NCBI GenBank assembly: GCA_050298055.1
Contig: JBNKTL010000004.1
Coordinates: forward strand, 34,223-98,222
Reading direction: 5' to 3'
Origin: Spirochaetota bacterium
Lineage (GTDB): Bacteria > Spirochaetota > UBA4802 > UBA5550
Length of the DNA: 64,000 bases
Shown one piece after another: positions 20,583 through 29,418 of this stretch. The notes under the pieces are model-generated. The model was given only the letters and a program-made list of their open reading frames with translations, was not told the DNA's origin and made no database searches. Every line of letters begins with the position of its first letter. Position 1 is the stretch's first letter. The translations under genes were made by a program, and so were the position numbers.

Positions 20583-20894
20583 ATGACAGATACCCCGAAA
20601 ATACTGGAATCCTGGAAGTATGCCGAAATTGCTAGCGCCTTCATGAACAAGCTGGAAAAATTAACCAATGATTTCGAAGAGGCAATAGATGAAAGTGACA
20701 AAAACGTACTGCCCGGCTTCATTACCCGGGCAAATGACCTGATTGACGAATACCACGCAACAGCCGAAGATTTAGCACAATATGGCACCGGTATTAAAAA
20801 AAAGCAGTTCCTGGAAGACCATGAAGATGATATCGATTATCTCAAAGACCAGATTGGACAGGCAAATGAAAAGCTGGGGAAAGCTTTCGGTTAA
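20583..20894 (+). CDS. Small acidic helical hypothetical protein
   Basis: 103 aa ORF with AGGAG RBS. Confidence 0.65.
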   Translation: MTDTPKILESWKYAEIASAFMNKLEKLTNDFEEAIDESDKNVLPGFITRANDLIDEYHATAEDLAQYGTGIKKKQFLEDHEDDIDYLKDQIGQANEKLGKAFG

Positions 20895-20948
20895 GGAGAA
20901 TTTAAAATATGACGCATTTTCACCTTAAGCAAATCATAGAGGGGCGCA

Positions 20949-21506
20949 ATGTACTATTTTCTTAGCTGCTTTGGCCCCCGGGACCGTGACCGTGCCAGCC
21001 TCACCAATATTCCGCAATTTGACGGCGTATACTGGAATATGGGCCAACGTATTACCCGGGAGTTACCCAGCCCGATTCATATTGACCTTTATACCGATGA
21101 AGGTGATGCAATGGTGCCGATGTTTCATGCCGGTATTCTGCTGATGGAAAAGAAAATGGTAAAAACCCTCATGGATGCCGGGGTGGATAACCTGCAGCTA
21201 TTTACTGCAATTTTGCATGACAGGGAAAACAGCAGAGAATACGATAATTATTTCGCGGTCAATATCCTGGGTGCAATTGCCGCCGTTGATTTTGAGCAAT
21301 CCAATTACACTGCCCACGGTGAACCGGTGACCGATGTGGATTTTGAAGGATTAACCATTGACGAATCCAAAACGGATAATGCCTCTATGTTTCGCCTGGC
21401 TGAATCTGTATCCGGCATAGTGGTACATGAAAAGATAAAAACTGCCCTGGAATCGGCCAATATTCCCTACTTAGATTTTATTCTTCCGGAAGATTGGATT
21501 GGCTGA
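20949..21506 (+). CDS. Imm11/DUF1629-like immunity protein
   Basis: MYYFL, L.DAGVDNLQ, YFAVNILG, IDESK, MFRLAES..IVVHEKIK, PEDW; paralog of 12232 and 14958. Confidence 0.82.
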   Translation: MYYFLSCFGPRDRDRASLTNIPQFDGVYWNMGQRITRELPSPIHIDLYTDEGDAMVPMFHAGILLMEKKMVKTLMDAGVDNLQLFTAILHDRENSREYDNYFAVNILGAIAAVDFEQSNYTAHGEPVTDVDFEGLTIDESKTDNASMFRLAESVSGIVVHEKIKTALESANIPYLDFILPEDWIG

Positions 21507-21583
21507 AAACTTCCACACGCTGATACCATACGTTTCCGAGGATACTGGAAATTTTAAAATAACAACTTTTCAGGAGATCATTC

Positions 21584-23956
21584 ATGGAAAAAATCTATAA
21601 AAGCGTACACTGGGAAGAAGAGAAACAGCAATCATCTGCTCTTACCAGCGGGCCCGTGCCGGAGAAACAGCTGCCCTCTCTCACCTTTGAGTATGAAGCA
21701 AATCAATGCAGGGATATGCTGAAAGGACATCCCCTGTTTAAGGATTATGGTGATAAAAACTGGGAAAATATTATAATGAAAGTGAGCACCCCGGATGGGG
21801 AAGTCACGGTCTATATGAAAACCCATTCCGATACAAACAACTGGCTGGTTTTTCCCCGTGAAGAGCTGAGGGACGAAATCTATGAATGGATCATTGATAC
21901 CCATTTCCCCGAAGAAAGGACCAAACCCCCGGATGATTCTGAAATCGATGACGCCCTCTACGCCATGACCGAAGAAGAGGATCTCACCCTTCTGGAAAAC
22001 ATCTGCCAGCGGGGTTTTGACATCAATGATCAACGCCTGTTGGATCACATCGACTTTGAATATCCCTCCGCCGAAATGCTCCGCGGCATGGTGGCCCTGG
22101 GCTTTGACATCAATGCGCCGGATGATATGGGGGAACCCTACTGGTTTAACTGGGTTATGAACATTGAAGATAGCGATGCAGTAGAGGAGCTCTCTGAAAT
22201 ACCCGGTCTTGATATTAACGCGGTAAATGAGGACGGGGACACAATACTCCACCGTTTAAATGCCTGTACCGGCAGTGGAGATGTGGATGAAGGACAGGAT
22301 CTCCTGGGGAGGGAGCTGGCGGAGATATTTGTTGAGAAGGGTGTTGATATTCATAAAACAGATAATGCGGGTGAAAACGCACTCTTCAACCTCTACGACT
22401 ATCCCCTGACCGTTGAATACCTGGTGGAACAGGGTATTAATATCAATCAGAAAAATAACAAGGGAAAGAGCCCTTTTATAAATCTCTGCGGATATTTGCT
22501 CAGGAGAGATGAGGGTGATCTTATTACAGAAACATGGGTCAGGCTGGGCGCTGATATAGAGGAGGAATACACCGGTTCCAATTCTTCGAGACATGGCTGG
22601 ACTCCCCTTCATTTCGCGGTCAGGGGGGGGCAGGTTCCCATGGTAAAAGAACTTCTCAAACAGGGGGCGGACCCTTTACATAAAACTGCAAATAATGAGA
22701 CACCCCTCTCCCTTGCCCTTGAAACAGCAAAGAGTGAGATGGTTGAGCTTATCCTTCCCTATTATACCGATGTCATGGAGGACCATGAAATAATAAAAAA
22801 AATGGTATACTATTTCGTGGCCAACCAGCAATGGCAGGATGCCGTTACCTGGGGAGAAAAAGCCCTCTCTCTGGAAATAAAAGATGAAAACACCTGGAAC
22901 TATCTTTCCGGGGCTTACCTGAAGAACAGGCAGATTGAAAAGGCAATAGATCTCTCCCTGGAAGCAGTTGATGAGTTTGGTGTAAGTAACAACCTCATTG
23001 ATACCGTGGTGTACAACTATCTTATTACGGGACAACCGGAAGAGGCGGTAAAATTCTGGGAAAATAACCGGAATACATTTATTCCGGATCAAGATCCTGC
23101 TGCAAATATACTGGCCCACATCCTGGTGGCCTATGACCAGACGGGCAAGTATCAGGAGGGAATTAACCAGGTGAAGCCCCATTTTGAAAAAGCCGACGGG
23201 ACCCGTATATCAAAAAATGGGCTCCTCCATTTCAATATGGCCTGTATCTATGCAAAAACCGAAGACGTCGAAAACTCTGTCCGCATGGCCATCGGTGCAA
23301 AACAAAAAGGGTACACATTGAAAGATTTTGAATGTGATGACTTTGATGCCGTCAGGGACCATGGTTTTTTCACCCTCTTCCTGACTTATATTGAGGATAA
23401 TCTTTTATATTATTATTTCTCAAAGGATAATAAAAATATTGTTCTCTATACCCGGATGGATAGTGAATTTGGTAAGTATATTTTTGACGGGAAGAAATAT
23501 ACAAGGGAGATAGAAGAGACAGACTCGGCCTTTGACATGCTGAAAGAGTTTTATGGGGTCCGGGAAAAAGCAAAAGGGGAGGGATACACCGAAACAGAAC
23601 CGGATTTCAAATCACCCTGGATCCCCTTTTTCGATGACCTGTTTAAACGAATCGCAAAAGATACCACCGAACCCCTGGGGGAACTTCGGGTTGAATGGGA
23701 TTTTGTCCATGACGATGACCCGGAGCTCAACCCCATGGAGAGGCCCTATTATGCCTATTCTGACAATGGTTATGAAATTGATCATCTTGACTTTATCTTA
23801 TATATTCCCAAAGCCGGTATTCACAATGCCGTGGTCAGGGAGGCCGTGAAATTAGAGTCATTTAAAAAACTCAAAAAGAAGGAAACGGTAAAGATTATCC
23901 AATCGGAACATGATAGCGGTGATGAATTTACCTTTCTCTGGGAAAAGAAGAAATGA
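21584..23956 (+). CDS. Acidic ankyrin-repeat + TPR protein
   Basis: DIN..N..G.T.LH, GWTPLHFAV, TPLSLA ankyrin repeats; LHFNMACIYA TPR-end motif. Confidence 0.85.
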   Translation: MEKIYKSVHWEEEKQQSSALTSGPVPEKQLPSLTFEYEANQCRDMLKGHPLFKDYGDKNWENIIMKVSTPDGEVTVYMKTHSDTNNWLVFPREELRDEIYEWIIDTHFPEERTKPPDDSEIDDALYAMTEEEDLTLLENICQRGFDINDQRLLDHIDFEYPSAEMLRGMVALGFDINAPDDMGEPYWFNWVMNIEDSDAVEELSEIPGLDINAVNEDGDTILHRLNACTGSGDVDEGQDLLGRELAEIFVEKGVDIHKTDNAGENALFNLYDYPLTVEYLVEQGININQKNNKGKSPFINLCGYLLRRDEGDLITETWVRLGADIEEEYTGSNSSRHGWTPLHFAVRGGQVPMVKELLKQGADPLHKTANNETPLSLALETAKSEMVELILPYYTDVMEDHEIIKKMVYYFVANQQWQDAVTWGEKALSLEIKDENTWNYLSGAYLKNRQIEKAIDLSLEAVDEFGVSNNLIDTVVYNYLITGQPEEAVKFWENNRNTFIPDQDPAANILAHILVAYDQTGKYQEGINQVKPHFEKADGTRISKNGLLHFNMACIYAKTEDVENSVRMAIGAKQKGYTLKDFECDDFDAVRDHGFFTLFLTYIEDNLLYYYFSKDNKNIVLYTRMDSEFGKYIFDGKKYTREIEETDSAFDMLKEFYGVREKAKGEGYTETEPDFKSPWIPFFDDLFKRIAKDTTEPLGELRVEWDFVHDDDPELNPMERPYYAYSDNGYEIDHLDFILYIPKAGIHNAVVREAVKLESFKKLKKKETVKIIQSEHDSGDEFTFLWEKKK

Positions 23957-24099
23957 CTGAGGTCAAATTCTTTAAAAACAGAAAATTATTATTGACATTC
24001 CGGGGAAACCTGTTTTCCATGCTCCTATTATTTAAAAAAATTATATTAAATGGTATAAAATATTAATATCATTTAATATAATTACAACAGGAGTAAGTT

Positions 24100-24243
24100 A
24101 TGGGTGAAATGAATGAAGTTAAATCAGAGAAAGGATTAAGTATTACTAAAATACTTCTCGCAGTGCTGGGTGGTCTTATCACCCTGGGATGTGCCGGTTT
24201 TGTTATTTATATTCTGGTTTTCTATTCAGATAAGATGGGATAA
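24100..24243 (+). CDS. Small single-TM protein (47 aa)
   Basis: Below the ORF-track cutoff. AGGAG RBS; MGEMNEVKSEKGLSITKILLAVLGGLITLGCAGFVIYILVFYSDKMG*. Confidence 0.6.
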   Translation: MGEMNEVKSEKGLSITKILLAVLGGLITLGCAGFVIYILVFYSDKMG

Positions 24244-24312
24244 ACTCTTTCCCGGAATGCAATATCTCTGCGGCAGGTTTTGTCTTTATTGGAATTAATG
24301 CAAATCCTGTCC

Positions 24313-25425
24313 TTACTCAAATTTCTTCCCCTCCCTTAACAGGGGAAAGTAGTGGGCGTTGATCCTTGCCAGTATGAGGGAACCGACAAATGTTGTGGCT
24401 GTAAGAAGGGGGATTGTATAGTGGATCTTCCCTGTGAGGCCCACGAGAAAAAATACCATCGAATAGGCCTCCTTCTTTACAAGGTATTTTGTCCTGTGGA
24501 TAAATTTTACCTTGCAATCGTCCGGGGGAAGCTTTGAGATAAATTCAACATCATAAGCCTTAAGTGATTGTGACCGGCTGAATTCCCTGAGATACATGAG
24601 AACAATGCCTATCATGATAATAAGACCGGCGATTGTAAGAACAATGGTTGAGAGTGTGTAAATCATCCCGAAATCGAGGTAGTTCACATAGTAGATGGCA
24701 ATAATCAGGTAGATCACCGCGATATGGTCGCATATGGTGTCGAGCCAGCCTCCCAGCCGGGATGACCTGAATGTGAACTTCGCCACCTCGCCGTCAACCC
24801 CGTCGAAAATGGACGCAAGCTGAAAAAGTGTTCCCCCCAGGGCAATGCTCCAGTACCTGTTCCGGAAAACCAGGTATCCCGCGAGCATCCCGATAACGAA
24901 GTTCAGGAGGGTGAGGGTATTGGGATGGACCCTTGTTCCGGCCACAACTTCGCTTATGGGCACGGATATCCTTTTATTAATATTTTTTGAAATATAGCCC
25001 TCGGTTGTGTCCAGGAGTCTCTGTTTGACCATGGATGATGCTTTTTTAATCTCCTGCGGGCCGTCTATGGGGAACTGTTCACCGTTGAGTACCGGTTCAT
25101 AGGACTTTTTCTTTTTTTTAAAGTACTGCTCAAAAGAATCCAGGTAGTGTGACTGCATGAAGAGGTTGGAGGGCATCCTGAGGTAATTGACCTCGATATC
25201 CTCCTCCTTATCGAATATGATGACAAGGGTCTTTATCCTGCCGATATGTTTTTTAATCCTCTCCCGGTAAAAACTCAGTTCCTCTTCCGAAAGGTCCAGG
25301 TGAATTTTATTTACCCCCCCCTTTGCCAGTACATTGATAAGCCTCTCGAAGGGATAGAGGCCGCATATTTTCCTGTTATGGGGATATTTCCCTCTGCTGT
25401 AAATATAGGCTGTATCTGGAATCAT
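24313..25425 (-). CDS. CDP-alcohol phosphatidyltransferase with a degenerate N-terminal NTP-transferase-like domain
   Basis: HPNTLT; DGVDGEVAK...SRLGGWLDTICD signature. Confidence 0.9.
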   Translation of the reverse strand: MIPDTAYIYSRGKYPHNRKICGLYPFERLINVLAKGGVNKIHLDLSEEELSFYRERIKKHIGRIKTLVIIFDKEEDIEVNYLRMPSNLFMQSHYLDSFEQYFKKKKKSYEPVLNGEQFPIDGPQEIKKASSMVKQRLLDTTEGYISKNINKRISVPISEVVAGTRVHPNTLTLLNFVIGMLAGYLVFRNRYWSIALGGTLFQLASIFDGVDGEVAKFTFRSSRLGGWLDTICDHIAVIYLIIAIYYVNYLDFGMIYTLSTIVLTIAGLIIMIGIVLMYLREFSRSQSLKAYDVEFISKLPPDDCKVKFIHRTKYLVKKEAYSMVFFLVGLTGKIHYTIPLLTATTFVGSLILARINAHYFPLLREGKKFE

Positions 25426-25468
25426 GGATGTTAAATTATATTCAGATGTTTAAATAACAATTCTTTTT

Positions 25469-27151
25469 TTAAAGTCCCATATTTCCCGGGTTCATGATAT
25501 TTTTCGGGTCCAGCTGCTTTTTAATTGCTCTCAGGATATCCGTCTCCCTTTTTCCGAGATAACTTTCCATCCAGGGTGAAAGAAGTCTTCCCACACCGTG
25601 ATGGTGTGAAAGTGATCCCCCCGCTTTGAGGATTGAATCGATAACACCCGTAAGAAACTCCCTGTACCTGTCTAGGCTGTGAAGTTTCATGATAAAAATA
25701 AAGTAGAGATTTGTCCCCTGGGGATAGAAGTGGGAGCAGTGGCTCATGCAGATGATGTTATTTCTCCTTTTTACATGCTTCCTCACAGACTCATGGACGT
25801 GATGGAGGTTGTCCCATTTTACCGATGTCTCAAGAGTGTCTGTGATAATCCCGTAATCCAGGAGGTCTTCCCTCATGTAGGGGTCGGTATAGCGTCCCTG
25901 TTCCCACATCTTTACGGGCTGTCCCGTAAGGGAGACACCTTTGAAACCGCGGCAGATGGCTTTCACCTGCTTTTTAACGGCGGCGGTGCGGCTTTTGTGG
26001 CCGTCAGAGCTGCCGATAAGGAGGGACCGTTCTCCCGGTTTGAGGCTTCTCATTTTCATGAGGGTATCCAGAGGTGTCCCTTCGATGCCGTAGAGTTTCA
26101 GCGCGGCATCGGTCTCCTCGGGGTCGGATATCCTGAGCACCGAGGGCTTCCCGAACTCTCCCTGCATGATCTCCCTGCAGGCGTTCACGGCTCCCTCCCA
26201 TTCCGGGAAGATAAAACTGAAGTATCTCCTGTTCCGGGGCATGTGTCTGAATATCCTCAGGATCGCTTCAACCATCACGCCGAAGCATCCTTCGCTCCCC
26301 TTCATGATCTCATTGATGTCGGGCCCGGTTGCGGCGGAAGGATAGTCCCGTGTCCGGACACTCCCCGCGGGGGTAAGATATTCCTGGGCCAGGACGAGAT
26401 CGGAGGCGTCCCCGTAGTAGGTGGACTGCTGCCCGGAACCCAGGGCCGATATCCAGCCACCCACGGTTGAATACTGGAAGGACTGGGGAAAATGACCGCA
26501 GGTATAGTTGTGCTCTGTTCCGTGGGTCTCTGCGGCGTTGTTCAGGAGTGCTTCAAGTTCCGGGCCCCTGATTCCCGGTTCAACGGTCACTGTCTGGTTG
26601 AGTTCGTTTATGCCCAGCAGGCGGTTCATGTGGGTGCTCATAACCAGGGTAATCCCCCCCCGGGCCGGACTGAACCCGAAGTTCACCGAGGAACCGCCGC
26701 CGTATGTATAGAGAGGTAGTTTTTTCCTGTTACAGTAGCTGATGATATCCTCAACATTCTTCCTGTTTTTCGGGTGGACGACAATGTCGCAGAGCCCCCC
26801 GTGTTCTTCTCCCCGGAGAAGTATCTCCTCCTCTGCGGTCTTCCCGGTTGAGTATTTTATCCTCTGGTAGTCTTCGAAAGATATGTTATTTTCACCGACA
26901 ATTTTCTCAAGGGCCCTGATATCTCTTTTTGAAAGACGCTGCTTCTGACTGCTTCTGGCCGGGGCATCGCCTTCATTTTTCCTCTTATGGAAAAATTCAT
27001 CTGTGAGTTCTAGCTTTTCCTTTAAGAGTGAGTAAAGCCTTTTGTTGGGATGTTTGTAGATGCGGGGATCACCCCACTTGAAAATGGAGCGCCATGAGTT
27101 TTCAGCAGGAGGTGTCTCCCTCCATGGGGGGATAAAATCTTTTTCTTTCAT
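25469..27151 (-). CDS. FAD-linked oxidase, alkyldihydroxyacetonephosphate synthase (ADPS/AgpS)-like
   Basis: YGGGSSV, GHFPQSFQYSTVGGWI, GSEGCFGV, SHCSHFY..G.NLYF, GGSLSHHHGVG, LDPKNIMNPG; start set at MKEKD (27151). Confidence 0.85.
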   Translation of the reverse strand: MKEKDFIPPWRETPPAENSWRSIFKWGDPRIYKHPNKRLYSLLKEKLELTDEFFHKRKNEGDAPARSSQKQRLSKRDIRALEKIVGENNISFEDYQRIKYSTGKTAEEEILLRGEEHGGLCDIVVHPKNRKNVEDIISYCNRKKLPLYTYGGGSSVNFGFSPARGGITLVMSTHMNRLLGINELNQTVTVEPGIRGPELEALLNNAAETHGTEHNYTCGHFPQSFQYSTVGGWISALGSGQQSTYYGDASDLVLAQEYLTPAGSVRTRDYPSAATGPDINEIMKGSEGCFGVMVEAILRIFRHMPRNRRYFSFIFPEWEGAVNACREIMQGEFGKPSVLRISDPEETDAALKLYGIEGTPLDTLMKMRSLKPGERSLLIGSSDGHKSRTAAVKKQVKAICRGFKGVSLTGQPVKMWEQGRYTDPYMREDLLDYGIITDTLETSVKWDNLHHVHESVRKHVKRRNNIICMSHCSHFYPQGTNLYFIFIMKLHSLDRYREFLTGVIDSILKAGGSLSHHHGVGRLLSPWMESYLGKRETDILRAIKKQLDPKNIMNPGNMGL

Positions 27152-27164
27152 TTCTTTCTTCTTC

Positions 27165-27202
27165 AACTCGGAACTCGAAACTTGGAACTTGGAACTCAAA
27201 AC
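27165..27202. repeat. Five imperfect heptamer repeats (AACTYRR)
   Basis: AACTCGG AACTCGA AACTTGG AACTTGG AACTCAA between glpD and the ADPS start. Confidence 0.7.
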
Positions 27203-27215
27203 ATTTCTTACTCAA

Positions 27216-28847
27216 TCAGGGTAACCTCAATGATTCAATAACTTCTTTTACTTCTCTTCTTCTCCTGAAGAATCCCCATTTCAGCTCTTTACCCGCGGCC
27301 TTTGCGGCTTTTTTCAAAACACTTTTCCCCGGATTTCCAAGGGTCCCCAGACCTGTCCTTCTCAACACCACATCCTTCAGGGTATAAGCCATCTCATTTT
27401 TTACCGCGTATACAACCTGCGCGAGGATTTCTCCGTCGCTGTTCAATATTTCCGCGTACTTCCTGTTTTTCCGGGCAATCTCCAGGACCTGCCCGTACTC
27501 GGTGCCGTAGTTCCTTGCGAGGTACCTGACGCTGGTTTCTTTAAAGTCACTGTTTCCAGCAACAGCGGATTCAATGAAATTTTTCATATCTTCTATTTCC
27601 GAACCGGAGAGGTGCTCTTTCTCCGTTCTGGATTTAATATGATCTCTTCCCAGTTTCTTTTCTATGAGGTCTACTACTTTTTCTCCCAGGTTCCTGCTGG
27701 TTGTATATTTTCCCCCTTCAACGGTGATCAATCCTTCAATACCGTTTGTACTGCTGTCAAATATTTCATACTTCCTGGATGACTGGTAGGTGTCCTTTTC
27801 AGGATCTTCCACAAGGGGCCTCAGGCCCCCGTAACAGGAGAGAACATCTTCATATTGTAAGCTCCCGTCACCAAATGACTGGTTGACTTCATGGATCAGT
27901 TCCCGGATGCTTTCCTCTGACACCCTGTAATGATCGGGATCACCGGTGTAGTCCTTGTCAGTGGTCCCGATAAGTGTGTGGTCCCTCCAGGGGATAAGAA
28001 AAAAGTGTCTGCCCGAGGGTGTCCGGGAGGCTATGATGTATTTGTTGACCAGCTTTCCGGTTATGATGTGGATCCCTTCGGACCTCTTGATCTTATGTGA
28101 TCGGTTATTTTCTTTCATGGCCATGTTCAGTGTGATGTCCGCCCAGGGCCCGGTACAGTTGATAATGATTCCGCCCCTGAGTTCTTTGACTCTCCTGTTT
28201 AACCTATCCAGGACTTCTATTCCTGAAATTCTCCCCTCACGGTCTTTGATAAAGCCCTTTACCTCCGAGTAGTTGGAAATATCAGCACCCTGTTTTACCG
28301 CGGATTTCAGAAAGGCGAGGGTCAATCTCTCCGGAAAGATGTTCATGCTGTCATAGTAGATTACGGCACCGGTAAGATCTTCCTTTTTGATATTGGGTTC
28401 CCTTGCAAGGGCCTCTTCCGGTGAAAGTGACTGGTGGCCGGGGATCTTTTTGCTCATATCGCTTACAGCTCCCCTGTCGTAGGCAAGAAGATCATAGAGC
28501 ATCATACCCGATTTGAACATAAGCTTGCTGCTTTTTGAACCGCCATATTCGGTAATGAGGATCGGTACCGGGTAGACAAAGTTGGGAGCAATGTTGCCCA
28601 GGATCCTTCTCTCCCTGAGTGATTCTCTTACAAGGCCTATCTCCATGTTTGCCAGGTAACGGAGACCGCCATGTATGAGTTTGGATGTGGCCGCCGATGT
28701 TGCGCCCCCGAAGTCGTTTTTTTCAACGAGAGCGGCTGAAAATCCCCTGCTGCATGCCTCGTAGGCCACTGCGGCCCCTGATATCCCTCCCCCGATAATA
28801 ACAATATCGTATTCTTTTAATTCATTTTCTTCAATAAATCTTTTCAT
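27216..28847 (-). CDS. glpD: FAD-dependent glycerol-3-phosphate dehydrogenase/oxidase
   Basis: IIGGGISG, TSAATSKLIHGGLRYL, IGTTD, GGLRPL, GGKYTT, RRT. Confidence 0.93.
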   Translation of the reverse strand: MKRFIEENELKEYDIVIIGGGISGAAVAYEACSRGFSAALVEKNDFGGATSAATSKLIHGGLRYLANMEIGLVRESLRERRILGNIAPNFVYPVPILITEYGGSKSSKLMFKSGMMLYDLLAYDRGAVSDMSKKIPGHQSLSPEEALAREPNIKKEDLTGAVIYYDSMNIFPERLTLAFLKSAVKQGADISNYSEVKGFIKDREGRISGIEVLDRLNRRVKELRGGIIINCTGPWADITLNMAMKENNRSHKIKRSEGIHIITGKLVNKYIIASRTPSGRHFFLIPWRDHTLIGTTDKDYTGDPDHYRVSEESIRELIHEVNQSFGDGSLQYEDVLSCYGGLRPLVEDPEKDTYQSSRKYEIFDSSTNGIEGLITVEGGKYTTSRNLGEKVVDLIEKKLGRDHIKSRTEKEHLSGSEIEDMKNFIESAVAGNSDFKETSVRYLARNYGTEYGQVLEIARKNRKYAEILNSDGEILAQVVYAVKNEMAYTLKDVVLRRTGLGTLGNPGKSVLKKAAKAAGKELKWGFFRRRREVKEVIESLRLP

Positions 28848-28856
28848 GATGTTGAT

Positions 28857-28971
28857 GCTCTGACCCCTTTATTCTCCGGAAAGAAGGATAACAATACGAA
28901 AAATGCTCTGACCCCCCTGAATCTGCTCTGAGCAAGCTTGATAACTATCCGCGAAGGGCTCTGACCCCTGA
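28857..28971. repeat. Three copies of GCTCTGACCCC (plus one partial GCTCTGA) upstream of glpD
   Basis: Direct repeats at ~28857, ~28904 and ~28958. Confidence 0.65.
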
Positions 28972-29195
28972 ATTATAAACATGGGAGCTATCTTTGTCAA
29001 TATTTATTTCATGATGTTATAAAATGACAGGTAAAGTGTCTTCAATCCGTGACCATGAGCAGGATATTTTAGAATTACATAAAATGTTAAATTATTTTCT
29101 TGACAAATTATGGGCTGTAAGAGAATGTTTTTACAGAGTTTATTTGAAACTCTTTTATTGAGCGAGTCACATAACTTTCATATACCATCCATTGG

Positions 29196-29232
29196 ACCGC
29201 CGGGCATGCTTTGAGTATGTCCGGCGGTTTTT
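29196..29232 (+). terminator. Intrinsic terminator about 190 nt upstream of ilvE
   Basis: ACCGCCGGGCATGCT-TTG-AGTATGTCCGGCGGT stem (15 bp, 2 G-U pairs) followed by a T-run. Confidence 0.75.
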
Positions 29233-29418
29233 CATATTTTCTCTAAAAAATTTATTTTCTTCATTAAGCTCAAGGAACATTATAATGAGCCAATTGCCGG
29301 TTTTACCCTTAAATCAATAATTCTTGACAATTTTTTTACATAAAGGATTTATATCCAATGATAGGGAAAACCGGTAAACTGTTGAGGGTACCGGTAAACC
29401 CGGAACGGAGAATGAATC

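Noticed and set aside
10140..23956. Integron cassette array or CRISPR as the explanation for the repeats
   Set aside because: No intI, no consistent attC (RYYYAAC...GTTRRRY) at gene ends, and no fixed-length repeat-spacer units; the repeats translate as gene termini.
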